Assembly: GCF_018977255.1 (NCBI RefSeq)
Contig: NW_024704749.1
Coordinates: 7,502,001 to 7,566,000 of the forward strand
Direction: 5' to 3'
DNA from: Callorhinchus milii
Lineage: Eukaryota
Length of the DNA: 64,000 nucleotides
Shown here: piece by piece, positions 1-12,800 of the stretch
Position numbering within the stretch: position 1 is the first letter of the stretch
Layout: each line of letters opens with the position of its first letter
Translations under genes and position numbers: made by a program
The notes under the pieces: generated by a model
The model's input: the letters and a program-made list of their open reading frames with translations, nothing else
What the model was told of the DNA's origin: nothing
The model's database searches: none

Positions 1-800
1 TGGTCAGTCAAGGATTTGGACCCAGGCTGGGAGTTGGGATTAGGAGGTGTAAAGGGTTAGGGAGGGTAAGGGTAGGAGTATTTATATAATATAAATAACA
101 GTCAGAGTATTGGGTGAATTGACAAACGATTAGGCCGTAGCAAACAGATCTACTTGTGAAGGCGGAATATTACAGCCTGGATTCACTACAGGACGCAGTT
201 TAAAGACGTTACCGGATGGCTTTCCTCCTCTCCTGAGGATCGGCAGAGACGTACAACTTCATTTCATCGGCCGCTCGCTGGATCTGCCTCTCTGTAATCT
301 GGCGACAAGAGGCGGCAAACCGATCAGCCGACAACAAAAAAAAGTTTCACTCTCAGAGCGCCTGAGATGGCTAGTATTTTACAGGCGGGCACGGTTTCGT
401 GTTTACCTTTTTCATGCAGTTGATGTAATGGTACCGATTCTCCTCCTGTGCACATTCCTCTCGCAAACCCCTCACCTCCTGAAAAGAAGGGTAAAAACCA
501 CTTCACCGGGTAAAAACTTGAGCACAATGTCCCTTAAATTTTTTTCCCCCTATCTAAATGCAGGAATTTCAACCCCCAGAAAGTAAGTGAACAGAATGTT
601 ATATTTCCATATTGGATACAAGGGAGCCACGTGAACAGTGTACCATCCACCCAACAATCTTTACTTGTGTTGGTTCCTCATGAGAATTTTGATCCCAAGT
701 TTATCGTTGGAAAAAGTCCCCCAAAAAGCGTTGCATTGACTGCCATTGCGTTTTGTGTGTGCGGACACACGCCTACTGACACGCGTGACCTTTCCCTTAC

Positions 801-887
801 CTGTTCGAGCTTTGACCGGTTGCTCTCCAGGCCTGCCGCGCAGCTGTCGTAGAATGCCTTTTTTTCATCGTACTCTTGAGTCAATTC
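801..887 (-). CDS. IFT81: IFT81 coding exon 14 ([29 protein letters not shown])
   Basis: ttag acceptor, CAG|gtaagg donor, 87 nt. Confidence 0.95.
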
Positions 888-3800
888 CTAACCCGAGAGG
901 GCAAAACGTCAATGTAAATGGACCTGCGCAGTGAGAGAGCCGCACTTACACCGAGCAATGCGTGTCCTTGTCAACCACAGGTCAGGACCTTGTATTCGCA
1001 AATATATTTACACTTAGAGCTCATGTAACCAAACAGATGGCTTTGCACCCTCTGCATGTGGAGTGAGATGGCAATATGACATTATTGAAGGGCCTAACAG
1101 TTGACTTGCTATTGAATGCCAATAGCATGTGAACCTCATGTTTTGATAAGGCCGATTACTTCTGCTGATAACATTCCCTTAAGATCTTCTCTCTCCCCCC
1201 GTACGTTAGTGTTGCCTAACAGTCCGTGTGGACTGGGATTTACTGGCCCTAATGATGGAACTGAATTTGCTGCGTACAACCTATGATATTGCTCTGCAAG
1301 GTATTGGCCAAGGAGGGAAGGAAAGGCAATGACAACTTGCAACATGCGTTCACTCATACAGTGACCTTCACTCGTGATAGTGCCTTGGAACGTTTAAAGC
1401 AGCAGGAGCTCTGTTTGGGCTTTGATTGTCTCTGTCCTCCGTTATTCAAGCACCCACCACCCACCTGGCATCTCTGCCGCAGTGGCCGCAGCTCTTTGAT
1501 GACGGGAGCCAGGGCAGACTTCTTCTCAGCGATGAGGATGTTGAGCTTCTTTACCTGCGGACACGAAGCATACACCAAAGTCGTTACCCAACCGCCCATC
1601 CAAGTTCCTCATCACTTCAATCTCAGAGTGCTTTCCCCTCCTCCCCCTTTCCACTCCCCCCTCCCAAACTCCCACAAGTATATGTTTGGTCATGTTTGAA
1701 TGCTGATTCTCAAAGCGCGACTTGTTACAGATTTGTTCTGAATAACCCTCCTGCCAGCCGTTCCCTCTTTGTAAAGCTTACCCTGACGATGGTTCAAACG
1801 TATTGACATGGGCATCAGCTTAGGTCAGACGATGATGCACTGCAATTTCAAAGCTAGGAACGGGAACGTATCGTATTGTAGGTGAATTCTGGAACAACCG
1901 AGGCCTGTGCTCCACACACAAGCAGGCCGTTATTGTGACACTTGCCAATGATAACAGTGTAGAGCACACAGATTCCATTCCCATAAGCGGGAAAAAAGTT
2001 TTGCTCCTCCCAAAACACAATATTTCCCTCCCCCCCACCCCCCGGTTTTATTTATGAAGGGTACGGAAACCTCCACTGACAGTTGTAGAATGCAGAGGTA
2101 ATACACATGGGCTTTCTGTGGAACCGGGATGACAGCAAACATTAATTCCACTTGTTTGTTCCAGAATTCGATGCTTAAGGTGACAAACGCAGCCAGGAGA
2201 GAAGTTGCAAAGCTCACCATCTGTTGCAAAGCTTACTTATAGAAAATCACAAGCGCCCTATACATGTACATAAAACTGATGTGAACAGACTTATTTTACA
2301 CGGGACCTGATCTTATCCCAGCAATTTTTTTTTAAATAAGGACTTTAAAGCAAGTTCCTTGGGAATGCATTTCAGATCAAAATCAGCCAAGTATTTTCTG
2401 CTCTCTGGAAAAGTACAAGATGGCAAACCAGACTAGTCACTTTCTCTCCCGGGTCTCTCTCTCACGGAACTGTTCTCTCGGTGGTGAAACTGTGAGTGTT
2501 GAACAGCGAGTGCTATCCAAACACCCAAAGGCTCGTAAATGAATCCCCATCACTGGAGCTGAATTTGAATCTACTTAAGGAATAAATTGTCTCTGGTCTA
2601 ACGTTTTAAAAGGAGATTTGCAAATCACACTAATTACACAGAACAAATTTTCAGCCACTGCTGCTCAGTTTTCCGCCAGGGCTATTTAAAATAAGATTCT
2701 CAGTGGATATTTCCCATTTTCTCTGAGCAGCCGTGCGTTGCTATCAGTGGCGAAAATTGATTGTGTTCCCCTCCCCCCCTCCCCCAGTACATTTTTTATT
2801 TTTCAAAGGTCTTTTTGAAGAGAGTCACAGGGGTCACGTCAATAACCTACATCCCCATGGACGTGGCTTTTATACAGTCACTGAGACAACAAGACGGACA
2901 TTCACCGATATGATAGGATATTTGCGATGACAATCTCAATGTCTCAGCCACCCTGTTGTTATTCTACAAGGGTACTGTGATAGTAAACTGTCTCTTTAAG
3001 TGGTCATTTAAAAATACTGTTGCTCAGGTGAATAGAATATTGGGTAGGTTGTGCAAAGGCCTGCTTTTACTCTTGGTATATTTGTCCAAAGTGGAGAGGG
3101 GGGAGAGCTAACTATCCACCAATGATACACTGGGTTAAAATCGGGGGGGAAGGGTGTACTGCCCTACAACAACAACAACAAGATTCCATTTATAAAGCGC
3201 CTTTCACGTCAGGAGGACGTCCCAAGGCGCTGAAATATCAGGCCCTAATATCAGAATACACTAAACCTCACGAGTCGTATCAGCTGGGACCATGCATTTA
3301 ACATGACTTATGCAAAGTATGGGTTATGTCACTTGCATTGACTCTTAAACAGGACAGATGTACAAATTAGGCGATTATACGATTTATGCAAATCAGACTT
3401 TTGGGAGTTTTACTGTAGTTTGCAAAACTTTCTCAGACTCAGTGGTGTCATCCCTGCTAAACACACACTCAGCGGTCAAGCTTGGGTTAGTGAAGCTCCT
3501 GAAACAATGGATCACCATTTCAGACATCTCGTCCAGCGTTCTCCCCTTCACTTCATCGAGCTCGCTCTTCATTGCTGACACTCTTTCCAGCTCCTCCTGC
3601 GTGTCACTGTAGCCAGTGATGCCGTGCTTGGCTTCGATGGCTTGCTGCAGGGGACACATCAAAAAACAGGTTTGGGCAATAAAGTGGAGTCTTGTAGCAT
3701 ATTGGTTAGTGCACTCGCCTCGCAAGCGAGAGGACCTGGGTTTGATTCCTGGGCAGGATGAAACCTTAGGCAAGTTTCCTTACTCCACATGTCTGTTTAT

Positions 3801-6800
3801 CTAGCAGTAAATAGGAAACAGGTTGTTTGTTAATTGGCATTGCTTTTCTGGGGATAATAATCCCTGCAAAAAAAAATAATAATTTGGTCACTCAATCCAC
3901 AACTGCTTTTGGGACACTGCTGTGCCCAATTGGCTGTCGCATTTTGGCCACAAAATACAGTCAATTTTCTTTACAGTATATCCTGTGAAGCGCTTTGACA
4001 CGTCTTGAAGACGTGATAAGGCACTGTTTCAAATGCTATTATTATTATATTAAGACAAGGCAAGGTAATATAAGGATCCCCAGCTGCCCGCTGAGATCAT
4101 AAGTGTTTCTAACAATAAGTGTCGTCAGTTTGAGCTTAGGAGACCTTGGGCTCCTATTTATAGGATGCAGAAAACGCCAAACAATTTTGATATAGCTGGC
4201 ATATGCAGCATCTAAAATTAATTGTATTCTTCCATTCTTGTGAAAAGGCGCTCAGCTCTTAGGCAAGTTGGAAAGACAAGGCTCGAAATATGATTTGATG
4301 CGTCTGACAGCCCGACTCGACAATGGAGTGAAATGGGGAACGATTACCAGCTTTACAGAGACCTGTGCTGTGTGCTTTCACTCTCTCTCTCTCTCTCTCC
4401 CCCGCACGCCCCCCACACACACATCTACCTCTTCTCAACACCCCTGAGATGGACAGCAAGATGCTATATGGATCTCGGTACCCAGCCAAATGGAGACAAA
4501 GAGCCTTAGGGAAAATCAAGCGGGGCTCTTCTATTGCAGCTCGCACTTGTTTTCTCTGGCAGATGGGGCCTAGAGCAGCGAAGTGCTGTGGGAGATGTCG
4601 ATGTTTCTCAGTCGCCCCCTCATGTGCAGTTAAGTTAACAAAACCCAGTCGCGGGTAAAACGACAACGAGTCAGTGACAACCTCTTTTGTTGATTGCTAA
4701 GCTTGGTAATTAACGGCTGGTAGGGACGGTCACAGATGAGAACACGTCTGAAACGCAGCACTTCGCTGCTCTGGGACAGCATGAAATAAAATCCAGGGAA
4801 TTTATACCATTCAACAGAGCAGATAAACAGGACCTTTCTTGCAACCAAACGCAAAGAGAGGGGTTGTTCATTCTAGAAGCTCTGCACACAAAAGGACAGA
4901 CAACAGCAGCTGTGAGTGAGGTGAGGGGGGGAGGGATGGAGTTTGCTGATGGATTCCGGACTGGGACACACTGCTGTGACGTGGGTGATGTCGGCTCAGC
5001 TGGCTCCTTCGCGGCTGAGATTAGTGAGTTCTCGGCAGTGTTCATCGCTTAAGAACTTTTCTGGATTGTTTTTTCTCTCTCTTTTCCATATTTTAAAATA
5101 ATAATCCTTGCATTTGATACAGTGCCTGATCATCTTGTTGAGACATCTCAAAGCGCTTCACAGAATATACTGTAAAGTGTAGTTACTGTGTATTTTGTGG
5201 GCGGGAAAAAACCTGACAGAAATAAACAAAAGTTAACGCTAATTTGTTCGGCATCGCTTCACTTCAGTTTTCGAAAAGAAGCAGGAAATTCTCCAAGTTG
5301 AGGCATTCCTCTACCCAGACCAATTTTTCCCAAGCATTAGAATAGGCTTAAAAGCCCATGAAATGAATAAGGATTCCAGTTAGAACACTTAAAGTGGTTT
5401 CAGAAACATTCTACATGGCCATAGCATAAACACCAGCTGACACCATCATGTGCTTTTCTGGGTAATGGGTGTTGAGTAAAGCAAATGCGCGGTGAAGCCA
5501 AAAGGCGTGAAATGGGTTCGTGGAAAGTTATGTCATTTCGCGGTGATTATTGTGTGCGCTTTGTTCGGAAAGGTCCACGGCTGGCCAGCACGAGTGTGGA
5601 GGGAGGGAGAGCAAGCGAGCCTCTTGTGTTACCAGCTGCTGCTGTACGGTTTCGTGCCGTTGCTTGAGGATTTCTTCTGTCCTTTGCAGGACACCATATT
5701 CAGCTCTCAGCTCTGCCAGCTCCTGCCGCTTCTTCTTGTAGACTGTGCTCTTGCCACGGAGCTTGCTGACATAGCGCTTAAACTGGGGAATAATGGGAAA
5801 CAGAGGGCAAGAGGTGAGAACCAGGCAGTGCCTATAAATAACGTTACACAAAACAATTGATGCAGAGCGCTCATGTAAAAAGATGAGATTAGTTTCAGAA
5901 TTGACACCAATCTGGAGAGCTATAGGACAAAAGACAAAGACTGGTAAACCCGCATAGTCTCTCTCACTCCCTCTGGATACAAGACACATTCTATAAAAAG
6001 GGTTCTGGGCAGGGTGCCAGAAATAGCCCCAGCTATCTTGTCGCTACTCACTGCTGTGCGTTGGCCTCATGCGGAGATTTGGGGTTTTGGTTCATTCTGC
6101 CTCACCATTCTCCTGTGCTCTCTGTGGACCCGGGAACTCAGCACTGCAAACGTCTAAGTGAGATTAAACAAGCGCGTTGCTTTACTCTGCGAGCTGATGG
6201 TTAAAGCATGGAGGGTGCGTGTTTGCTTAGGACCGATGCCGCAACTTGGGTCAAGGGCAATCTAGGTCAGCCAAAAAACAGTGAAACATCCTGCAGGCTT
6301 CATTCTAAAATTCATTCCACAACTTATTTTAAGACCACTGGGTTCAACTCACGTTCGGTGTTGAAAAAGGGTAATTTACGGAACACTAAAGCAGACTAAA
6401 ATGACTAAACATGCAATATCCCGCATCACAGAGAGACACTCGCTGAATTGAAATATTAATCCTGAAAGGGATATTTTTTGTCCTGAAAGCCTTCACTTAT
6501 AAATAAATCGCTGCACTGCATTTTCCATAGTGCAAGGATACAACAGGTCAAACAAAGGGCATTTATATAAAGCATTAAATAAACGACTTACAGATGTATT
6601 TATACAGTTGTGGAACAATTGCAAAATGTGAATTTTAAGACTGCTTCTAAATGGGTTTCTGGTGGCCAGAACTATGCAGCTTTCACTATTAAAGCAGGGT
6701 TACTTTCTGATCGGTGGATCAAAGGTGACATTTAATCCCCCAAATGCAATGGAGTGTTTAAAACAACTTGCCTTAATTAGGTGCTCTGTGAGTGAACTAT

Positions 6801-9800
6801 TTCGCTCAATAATAAACCTTTCTGTTAAAGAGTGACTAAAAGTTAAAAAAAACCTCTTCCACAGTGTCTTTTGAGATGCTTCTAAAACTTGCAATGCATG
6901 AGGCCTCACTTTTAGACAATTGTGTAACATGAACCAAAACAATAATAATCCTTGCATTTGATATAGTGCCTTATCGAGTCTTTGAGATATCTCAAAGCGC
7001 AACACTGAATATACTGAAAAGTGAACTGTGGGCAAAATATTGCGCACAGCAGAGTCTCACAAACAGTCGTGGATTGAGTGACCAAATTATTATTTATTTA
7101 TTTTGAAGGGATTATTATCCCCGGAAAAGCAATCTGCTAACAGGCAGGTTCCTACTTACCGCTAGGTAAACAGAGGCTTGTGTAGTAAGGAAACTTGCCT
7201 AACATTTCGCCCTAGCCGGGAATTAAACCCAGGTCCTCTTGCTTGCTAGGTGAGCGCTCTAACAACTAAGCTACAGGACTCCAATAAATAGCGGATACCT
7301 ATGCTACAAAAAAAACTATACAAAGATTTAAAAAACGTCGTAGGCCTTCTTTATTCCTCGAATGAAGATCAGACGTCACAATGAGTTGGGATTTAACCTA
7401 CCAGCCACAAACACTCTGAGCATTAAGTGTTTTGGCCAGCTGCTTTGCACTCACTCCTCTGTACACAGAGCTTTGATGTGAACCAGTCCTTTAATCCTTT
7501 GACAGAGCAGGCCGCAGAGACCTCGACGACACCAATGTGAGCAACACAAAAACTAATAGAAGGGGGAGTAGCTGTGAGTAGAAAATACTCTCCCTCCCTC
7601 TGAACTTCTCAGGTTGAGGAATCAGGCTGGGCTGGAGCTCCTACAATGGAGGCTGGATGTCTTTCAAGAAATGCAGTCAGCCCACTGAAACAATAAGAAC
7701 TCCCTTCCCCCCCAAACCCCCAAGCAGTACAGACCAGACAGTGGGATTGCGATGGCTGAAGCACTCAGAGCATCTTACAGGGGCATTTGCAGGGGTCAAA
7801 GCACCCAGCATTCTGACTTGTGAGATCAACTGGGAAAAGCTTGGGAAAAATATACAAGTTTTTTCCAGGTCACACAAAAAAATCCACAACATATTGGCCT
7901 TTGCAGGGACAATAGCACAAGTAGAATAAATTCAAACCTCCCCTGGCTCCATTCACAGAGAGATTCACAAAACTTTTCTTTTTGCTAGTAGCCCGTTCAT
8001 TGATTATGTTCACAAAGGTTCACTCTGGATCTGAACAGCTAGCTCAACACAACCTGGGGAAACCTTACCCTAGACCTTCTAATTTCTGTGTAGCTCAGTT
8101 TTACGCCCAGTAGACAACTTTGGGGGTGGTGGGGGGGAGAGGGAGCATAGGGAGAAGGAATGATAGAGGGAGTAAATTATTGTTCAAAACTGGACTGAGC
8201 TGACCAATAAAGCGAATATTTCAAGGCTGACTGTTGTTGAATGTAGTGGAACCAGAGAATAACACTGACCTGTGAACAAGACTGATAACATATTTGAAGA
8301 GTGCTGAGCAGAAGTACATGTAGTGTTGACGTTCTGCCACGTTTTTGGCAACCGCAAAAAAAAAGACCTTCACGAGCGGTGTGTTACATGACAGAATGAA
8401 AAAACAATTAGCCATTCGGTTTGTCTCTCGTCGAGATCAGTAAAAGATTAAACAACAATTCAGAGTGAAAAGAACGACTTTGACTTGGCTTTTTTCAGCA
8501 GGCTTCATTATCAGACAATACACTTCCTAATATGGTGATTCTCTATCCACACTAAGAGTAGCACACACAACATCTTGTCACATTAAGTGCAACACTCTCA
8601 AGTTTCACCAGGCCATAATTTGGCTATCTTTCTGTGCTGGGAAGCGTCACGTGGCTCTGATCCAAAGAGAATGACAATTATATCTTTCTAAGAAACAGGC
8701 AGGCAACAAGCACATTGAGGCCCGGGCTGAGCGAGGAACAAAAAGGTGGCCTGGCGTCTCTTTTAAGGTGCTGAACAGGGCTCTTCCCGACACACACTTT
8801 AAACAAGTAGCTTCATATCAGAGCAAACTCTACAGTAAATTGTTGTGAATTCCAACCTGCTCCCTCTCCCCCTACAACCCCCCCCCCCACCCCACCCACT
8901 CTGGTGTAAAAACTTAGTGCTTCTGGCGAGATCTTTGACAGTCATGACACAAAGGGATATAAATATGTGTCTGCTCCCCGGCTGGAGTGTGTCTCTGTTC
9001 AGCCCCGGCTGTTTGCAGACAGGAAGATTGCAGTGTGGTTCCTTGGTTACCCCAGTCGCCATCTGCACTCCCTGAATGCCGAACAGGATTAGGAAAGCTC
9101 CGATGTCTGTGAACGTGGCACCAGTTGCCTCCAAATCAGAGATGGTTGGAACTTTGACTCAGGCTCCAGTTAGGGATCAAAGGTGACCACTTGTTAATGA
9201 GGAACACACAGAAACAGCGTTTTGTTTTAATTGATCAGTTCCTCTGAGTAATTAAATTCTTATTGTAAAGTAGGACTCAGGCTGCAACAAAGTCTGTGAG
9301 TAGTGTGAGCGTTCAAAAGTATGTGTGGGGAGGGTGGGGGGTGGGGAAGAGTGATAAATGTATTACCAGCAGTTAGAGGCCATACAACAGGTGTTTATGG
9401 ATTCCTATTCTCCTCCCCCCAATTCCCCCCCCCCCCCACACACATAGAATCATGAGGATATACCTGGCATCAACTCAGGGCTTCCCCACAGCAGGACCAG
9501 TTGATGGATCAACCTGCATCTTCTTGTTGTTGTTGCATCTCCCCTGCTGTGGTGTTTAGCCATCCTCATTCCTCCTTGTTCAACCCACTTGCTAGTTACA
9601 CCTGCCTCTGTAGGCTTACATTATAAACGCTCGGTCCACAGTTCTATCCACGAGGTGGGCAAAGAGATTTAAACCCAAGCGCTGATAACCATGACACGCT
9701 CATTTTACGTTTGTCCCGCATCGTTTAAACCCTAGATTGTTTGCGCACATTGCTTCTGCAGAACATTACTATGAAGAGTTTGAAAGCGAGAGACTTTTCA

Positions 9801-12800
9801 CTGTCTCCATGTAATGTTCTGTCTGTTCCAGTAAAAAAACAGATGAAAAGTTGGAAAACTGAAGTTGCTCTCAGTCGCAGGATCCTATTGTCTAACTTGG
9901 GGTGGAATGATGATTATGTTGATTACTTCACACCCAAACTGGTTCAAGTCTCAGTACTGGAAGATGTTTGAATTTGGTGATACATGTAGCTCCAGAGCCC
10001 CATCTATGTGTCAGCTGTTCATGGAGCCCTCTGCAAAACTCTGAAGGTCAAATGAAAAGCTTCTCTAATTCGCTGGTAAGAACACCACAACGCCCGTCAT
10101 GTAGGGCAGAGTGTCAGAACGCACATGCTTCAATCCCGCCAGTCCTCCCCAAATCCACATCAACTCAGAGACCAAATGGATTGTGATGCATCAATTTGCA
10201 ACTGTTTGCTGTCCAAGTGCTCGTTTGCTGACTATACATACGAATAGTAGAGTAAATGGTAAACCATTCCCTGGTCGCTTATCGTTGCTGTACACGTCAA
10301 CTGGTAAGAATAACTGCGGTCTTCGCCCATCTCAAGTCAAAAGCAAAATATCATAGACCGGAAAGTAATAAATCATTCAACTGCAGACTGCGAAATTCTG
10401 GTTTCACTAAAGCAAAGTTAACAGTCTTGAAACTTATCCCGAAAATTTAGATTTCATTCATTCATGTTTTATACTGTGGCTGAATAGCAAGAGAAGGCGA
10501 TTCTCTGCTGACAATAATAGAAGAAATATCAAAAAGTTACTCAAGAACTCTACTCTTGTGTAATATCCACCACCACACGCCTCCTTCTTGCGCACATTCC
10601 TCCTCTGTGCCAATGCTTTTGGGTGATGTGAAAGGGAGGTGAGAATGATTTAGAAATCATTCAGAAAGATGCAAATCATTTCATTCACTGCAATGTGAGT
10701 AGTTTATACCCCGACTTACTAATAGGAGACGAGTAAATGAAATAAAGAATCCCTTTCAAGATTAAGAGAATGTGTTTGATGAATGTCAACTGAATCGCAA
10801 AGACATTCTCAGGTCGTGTATATTATTACAAAGCCGAAAAACTGCGTACCATGGCTTGTTTCCCTGGTACCAGCCTGTAGTTGAACAAACAAAAAACACT
10901 GAGTAACATGGCAGGAATACAAGACAGGCCAAGATAAGGTGCTAATAGGTTGTCAAATCAAGGGATGGAGTAGAAATGCATTCACACATACTAAGTTTGA
11001 AGGGCCTTTTAAGTTTTGGATTAGGGGTGAGAGGGGTTAGTGGACTAGTTATGGCAGAGGAAAAAAAATGCTCTACATATATGCAAAATTCATCTAAAAA
11101 ATATAAAACACCGTTACTAAGCCTTACGCTTTAGCCTGAGAGAAATATGAGCTGGTATCAATTCTGATTGCCTGGGCCTAATAGCACATTAAGCACAATC
11201 ACATGCATGGGAGCAAAGGGCAGGGAGACAGGAATTTTTCAGCTTGGCAAAAGCCAGAGATAAACGGACAAGCTGAGCCTGAGCTGGGGGTGCAGATGTC
11301 AGGCATGTTTTTCGGTGGATTGCTCACCACTGATGTTCCTGAACAATATGAATAAGAATCCATAAGTTGCTGGCGGCTACAAACCAAGCTACAAGGCCAA
11401 GAGATTGGTGAAAGATCAATTGACAGCTCTCAAGAGAGGTCCAAACCCGAAACGTACCCGCATTCTGCTGAGACGCTCGGTTGCCATTAAACTTTTCTTT
11501 GATTTTCTGACTCCCGATATTAGAAACAGGAGTAGGCCATTCAGCCCCTCGAGCCTGTCCCGCCATTCTATTAGGTCATGGCTGATCTGTACCTCAACTC
11601 CAATGATCTCATATTGAACGAAATTAATCTTACTTTCATTAGTGAATTCCAAAAAACGTTAAGAACAGTTTTCATTTTCTTTTTGTATCTGCAAAATCCA
11701 ATTACGTCACAAATGTCTAGAAGACGTGAAAAGCGCTTTATCAAATGCAAGGATTATTATTATTATTATTAAACAAAAGGAAACACGCAAACTAAGTGGA
11801 AGAACCCACTTTCGATCTCTGTGCTGGAGTATTAGGTTCATCTTCTTCGTGCTGGTTTTGACAGACAGCAGAAAAATGTCGCACTCGTAAGGTTAAGTGT
11901 ACATTTAACTCTGATACAGTGCACTTATTGTGCAGCGCTGAGCCACACAATCGCTGAATCCTGCGCGCCACTCAGACTTTGATCCACACAAGGCTTTGTT
12001 GCCATTTGTGGATCAGATTCAAAAATTGTGCGAAGAATGTAAAACGTGTGTTGTATTTGTCAGAGGTCACAGCCACCTGTTTTGTGGCAAGCCGCAAATG
12101 ATAATCATAGTTTGGTAACCAGAGCTGGGACACTACGTACTTAGCTACTTATAAGCAAACTACCCTCCCATAGCCCCCCACCCCAACCCTGGGCCAACAC
12201 AGAGGTGGCACTTGCAATATGCAGCCTACACCTCACCCCAATGTGTTGCTACCTCCACCATGTGTAACTATATTAGACCAGGGGAAAAGAAGGGGTGGAG
12301 GCTCACATGGAACCTGTAGCCTGATTCCATGTCGTATTACTCCGTGTAACACTCTAGCTCGGTGAAATCTCCACCTCATCCCCAACTTGACTCCCTCCTG
12401 TTATCCGAGGGTCTGAACTGGCCCTCTAATGAGGTGTTTTATGATGGGGTCGCCTTGCAATGAGGGCACGATTTGTCAGGGGAGGCATCAGCCATGGTTT
12501 TAAACGCTTGGCTTCCGACAGCTGAACCTGCATATCCATTAGGGGATTCTGACTTCTGAGTTGGTTCCATCTCGGGTCAACATCCAAGCAACCGTTCCTC
12601 GGGGAACCTGGAGTTGCTGAATTCAAACAAGGCGGCTGATACCACACTAATTAGTGTTCATGCCTCACTCACTGTCTGTTCTGAGGTTGTGCTGCCCCCA
12701 AAGCTATGATTTTTCGTCTGCTCCTGTGACTGCTCATGTCCTATTTACATTGGCACTGAGATGGGTTTGGCACCAACAATAATCCAGGATGAAGTTAGCA

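Noticed and set aside
45-78. Telomere-like GGGTTAGGG
   Set aside because: A single unit inside a G-rich L2-like fragment, not an interstitial telomeric array
4440-5075. Telomerase RNA, RNase P/MRP or 7SK identity for the structured element
   Set aside because: No CUAACCCUAA template, CR4/5 or H/ACA end, no RNase P/MRP conserved regions and no 7SK 5' sequence visible
10643-10676. Palindrome GAATGATTT-ag-AAATCATTC plus octamer ATGCAAAT
   Set aside because: Short AT-rich motifs expected by chance in 64 kb; no supporting context
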